4,144 nt of DNA from a virus (lineage: Duplodnaviria > Heunggongvirae > Uroviricota > Caudoviricetes), in IMG/VR virus record IMGVR_UViG_3300029613_000200, one strand, 5' to 3'. The position numbers and the translations under genes were made by a program. The notes below the pieces were generated by a model that worked only from the letters and a program-made list of their open reading frames with translations, did no database searches and was not told the origin of the DNA. Below, piece after piece: positions 1 through 4,144 of the stretch (positions within the stretch are counted from its first letter, which is position 1; each line of letters opens with the position of its first letter).

Positions 1-40
1 AAATGGCTGCGGACAAAATGGCGGCATAAAGTTTACGCAT
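1..40 (-). CDS. lom: N-terminal fragment (signal-peptide start) of a Lom/Ail/PagC-family outer-membrane protein; partial, continues beyond the window start
   Basis: Minus strand has GAGG, then a 5-nt spacer, then ATG (complement of 38-40). The reading frame runs open to the window edge, encoding MRKLYAAILSAAI: a basic N-terminus followed by a hydrophobic stretch, typical of a Sec signal peptide. Its position directly downstream of J matches the lom moron locus of lambdoid phages, and the peptide resembles the start of Lom-like proteins of E. coli prophages as I recall them. Only 13 codons are visible, so both the product and the gene symbol are tentative. Confidence 0.5.
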   Translation of the reverse strand, partial: MRKLYAAILSAAI

Positions 41-63
41 AATTACCTCTCGCTTTTCTGCAA

Positions 64-89
64 TAAAAAAGGCGTCATTTCTGACGCCC
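64..89 (-). terminator. Rho-independent terminator downstream of J
   Basis: On the minus strand, 17 nt after the J stop codon: GGCGUCA-GAAA-UGACGCC, a 7-bp GC-rich stem with a GNRA-type tetraloop (plus 71-88), immediately followed by UUUUUUAUU (complement of the A-run at plus 62-70). Confidence 0.65.
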
Positions 90-106
90 GTTCTGGGTTA
101 TAAAAT

Positions 107-3517
<3,411 letters not shown>

Positions 3518-3527
3518 ATAAACGACA

Positions 3528-3547
3528 AAACCGCCCGCAGGCGGTTT
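3528..3547 (-). other. Perfect 8-bp stem / 4-nt loop hairpin in the I-J spacer (possible attenuator or RNA processing/stability element)
   Basis: Plus strand reads aaaccgcc-cgca-ggcggttt; on the minus-strand transcript this is AAACCGCC-UGCG-GGCGGUUU, followed by the U-rich stretch UGUCGUUUAU and then the J Shine-Dalgarno site. Seen directly in the sequence; function is inferred. Confidence 0.4.
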
Positions 3548-3565
3548 CACATAAAACATTCTGCA

Positions 3566-4144
3566 TCAGCGACCAATCACCACAACCTGACCACCGTCCC
3601 CTTCGTCTGCCGTGCTGATCTCCTGAGAAACCACGCGTGACCCCACGCGCATTTCCCCGTACAGAACAGGCAGAACATTGCCCTGGGCAACCATGTTATC
3701 CAGTGAGGAGAAATAGGTGTTCTGTTTGCCGTTATCTGTACTTGCTGCCGTGGGCGTCCTGGCTTTCGGTGCCAGCATCTGCGCCACTCCGCCCAGGATC
3801 ATACTGGCCCCTGCCGCATACATGCCCGATACAGCCGCGGCACCCAGCCAGCCCACAGGGTTCCACCATGCCACCGCAATCAGCGCCGCCCCCAGCACCA
3901 CCTGAAACACACCGCCACTTTTAGCTCCCGCCAGACGCGGCACGATGTGGATCACGGCACCATTTGCCAGCGGCTCATTAAGACGGGCAGACAATTCGGT
4001 TTCACCTGCATCACGCCCGGCAATGCGTACCTGGTACCAGCCGTCGCTCAGTTTCTGACGAAACGCCGGGATCTGCATGGCCAGCGCCCGGATGGCTTCG
4101 GACCCCGTTTTCACTCGAAGGTCGATGCGGCGGCCAAATCGTTG
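3566..4144 (-). CDS. I: Tail assembly protein I, lambda gpI family; partial, N-terminus lies beyond the window end
   Basis: The minus-strand reading frame is open from the window edge (4144) to a TGA stop at 3566-3568; 579 nt is exactly 193 codons. The translation (...QRFGRRIDLRVKTGSEAIRALAMQIPAFRQKLSDGWYQVRIAGRD...APKARTP...DNGKQNTYFSSLDNMVAQGNVLPVLYGEMRVGSRVVSQEISTADEGDGGQVVVIGR) closely matches the lambda gpI sequence as I recall it, with a near-identical C-terminal half. The ORF track begins at an internal Met (4114), but the frame continues upstream, so the true start is outside the window. Position immediately upstream of J matches lambda gene order. Confidence 0.9.
   Translation of the reverse strand, partial: QRFGRRIDLRVKTGSEAIRALAMQIPAFRQKLSDGWYQVRIAGRDAGETELSARLNEPLANGAVIHIVPRLAGAKSGGVFQVVLGAALIAVAWWNPVGWLGAAAVSGMYAAGASMILGGVAQMLAPKARTPTAASTDNGKQNTYFSSLDNMVAQGNVLPVLYGEMRVGSRVVSQEISTADEGDGGQVVVIGR

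Noticed and set aside
3637-3924. Plus-strand ORFs of 95 aa and 62 aa antisense to gene I
   Set aside because: Both lie within the well-supported I coding region on the opposite strand. The translations are Pro/Ala/Ser-rich with no recognisable features, consistent with antisense artefacts.

Overview
The window is the tail-tip module of a lambda-like (lambdoid) phage or prophage, with all genes on the minus strand. It contains the 3' two-thirds of tail assembly gene I (5' end lies beyond the window), a 60-bp spacer carrying a perfect hairpin and a Shine-Dalgarno site, and the complete 1132-aa tip attachment / host specificity protein J. Downstream of J are an intrinsic terminator and the first 13 codons of a Lom-like outer-membrane 'moron' gene that runs off the window start. 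All plus-strand ORFs in the track are antisense artefacts inside J and I. The main point of interest is that the last ~160 residues of J (the receptor-binding domain) are divergent and sit in lower-GC DNA, which suggests a swapped host-range module. I see no evidence of a novel multi-gene system here; the window is essentially one large structural gene with known flanks. All homology statements rest on recalled protein sequences, not on a database search.
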